Below are positions 63,763 to 64,000 of a stretch of 64,000 nt of DNA, one piece after another; position 1 is the first letter of the stretch; each line of letters begins with the position of its first letter. Below the pieces are notes generated by a model, which saw nothing but the letters and a program-made list of their open reading frames with translations, had not been told where the DNA came from and made no database searches. The stretch is from Tricharina praecox (Eukaryota). The position numbers and the translations under genes are program-made. The stretch lies in NCBI RefSeq assembly GCF_024521635.1, contig NW_026250406.1, forward strand, positions 1,240,001 through 1,304,000. The letters are read 5' to 3'.

Positions 63763-64000
63763 CGCAGCAGCAGTTACAACAGCAGCAACAGTATTCGCCA
63801 CCGATACAACGCGCGCCGCTAAACACGCGATTATCCATGCCTACTGCCGGCGATACCGCGTCGAATAACAGTCCTATCCTGCCTTCGAACCCTCCTCCTC
63901 CCCCAACGCCTCTGATCCCGGTTACATCGAGTCGAAGCTCTGCGACGACGCCGGCGATGGATACCACCGACGATGTCCAATTTCACACTCCGGTGGACGA
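63507..64000 (+). CDS. 5' part of an uncharacterised poly-glutamine protein (runs off the window)
   Basis: ATG at 63507 opens a frame with no stop to 64000: MPDNSRGRKRKQPATP...Q33PQQQLQQQQQ...PPPPTP. Basic NLS-like RGRKRK; CT-rich leader upstream. Confidence 0.55.
63663..63761 (+). repeat. CAG/CAA trinucleotide tract (33 codons)
   Basis: 99 nt of uninterrupted CAR codons. Confidence 0.95.

Noticed and set aside
63352..63967. Poly-Cys, poly-Ser and poly-Ala ORFs
   Set aside because: Alternative frames of the CAG/CAA tract; the poly-Q frame from 63507 fits the third-position variation best.
1..64000. Whole window as one biosynthetic cluster or a Starship-type giant element
   Set aside because: No backbone synthase, tyrosine-recombinase captain or element boundary is visible, and genes are separated by long repeat-rich gaps.

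Overview
Eukaryotic, intron-rich DNA from a filamentous ascomycete (GT-AG introns of about 50-120 nt with CTAAC/CTGAC branch points; a Pezizomycotina origin is inferred, not proven). The window is gene-sparse and looks like accessory genome. I could splice these genes by hand: two same-strand cytochrome P450s (509 and 531 aa), two tandem paralogous Cys/His-rich zinc-finger proteins (one with a C-terminal Zn(II)2Cys6 cluster that appears only after splicing), an inverted-duplicated pair of 85-aa 8-Cys hydrophobin-like genes with non-canonical spacing, a 13-exon LaeA-like SAM methyltransferase and a PTH11-like rhodopsin-domain membrane protein. Also present are a single-exon gene for a small, probably GPI-anchored protein and the start of a poly-Q ORF at the right edge. 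Intergenic DNA holds a LINE 3' remnant with TpG>TpA (RIP-like) changes, three copies of a ~0.9-1.2 kb non-coding element and about 10 copies of its ~60-bp end module (some in tandem). It also holds a second ~200-bp repeat, a ~200-bp inverted repeat bracketing one zinc-finger gene and many microsatellites. No rRNA, convincing tRNA, CRISPR array or secondary-metabolite backbone gene was seen. All alignments and gene models were made by eye; repeat boundaries are approximate.
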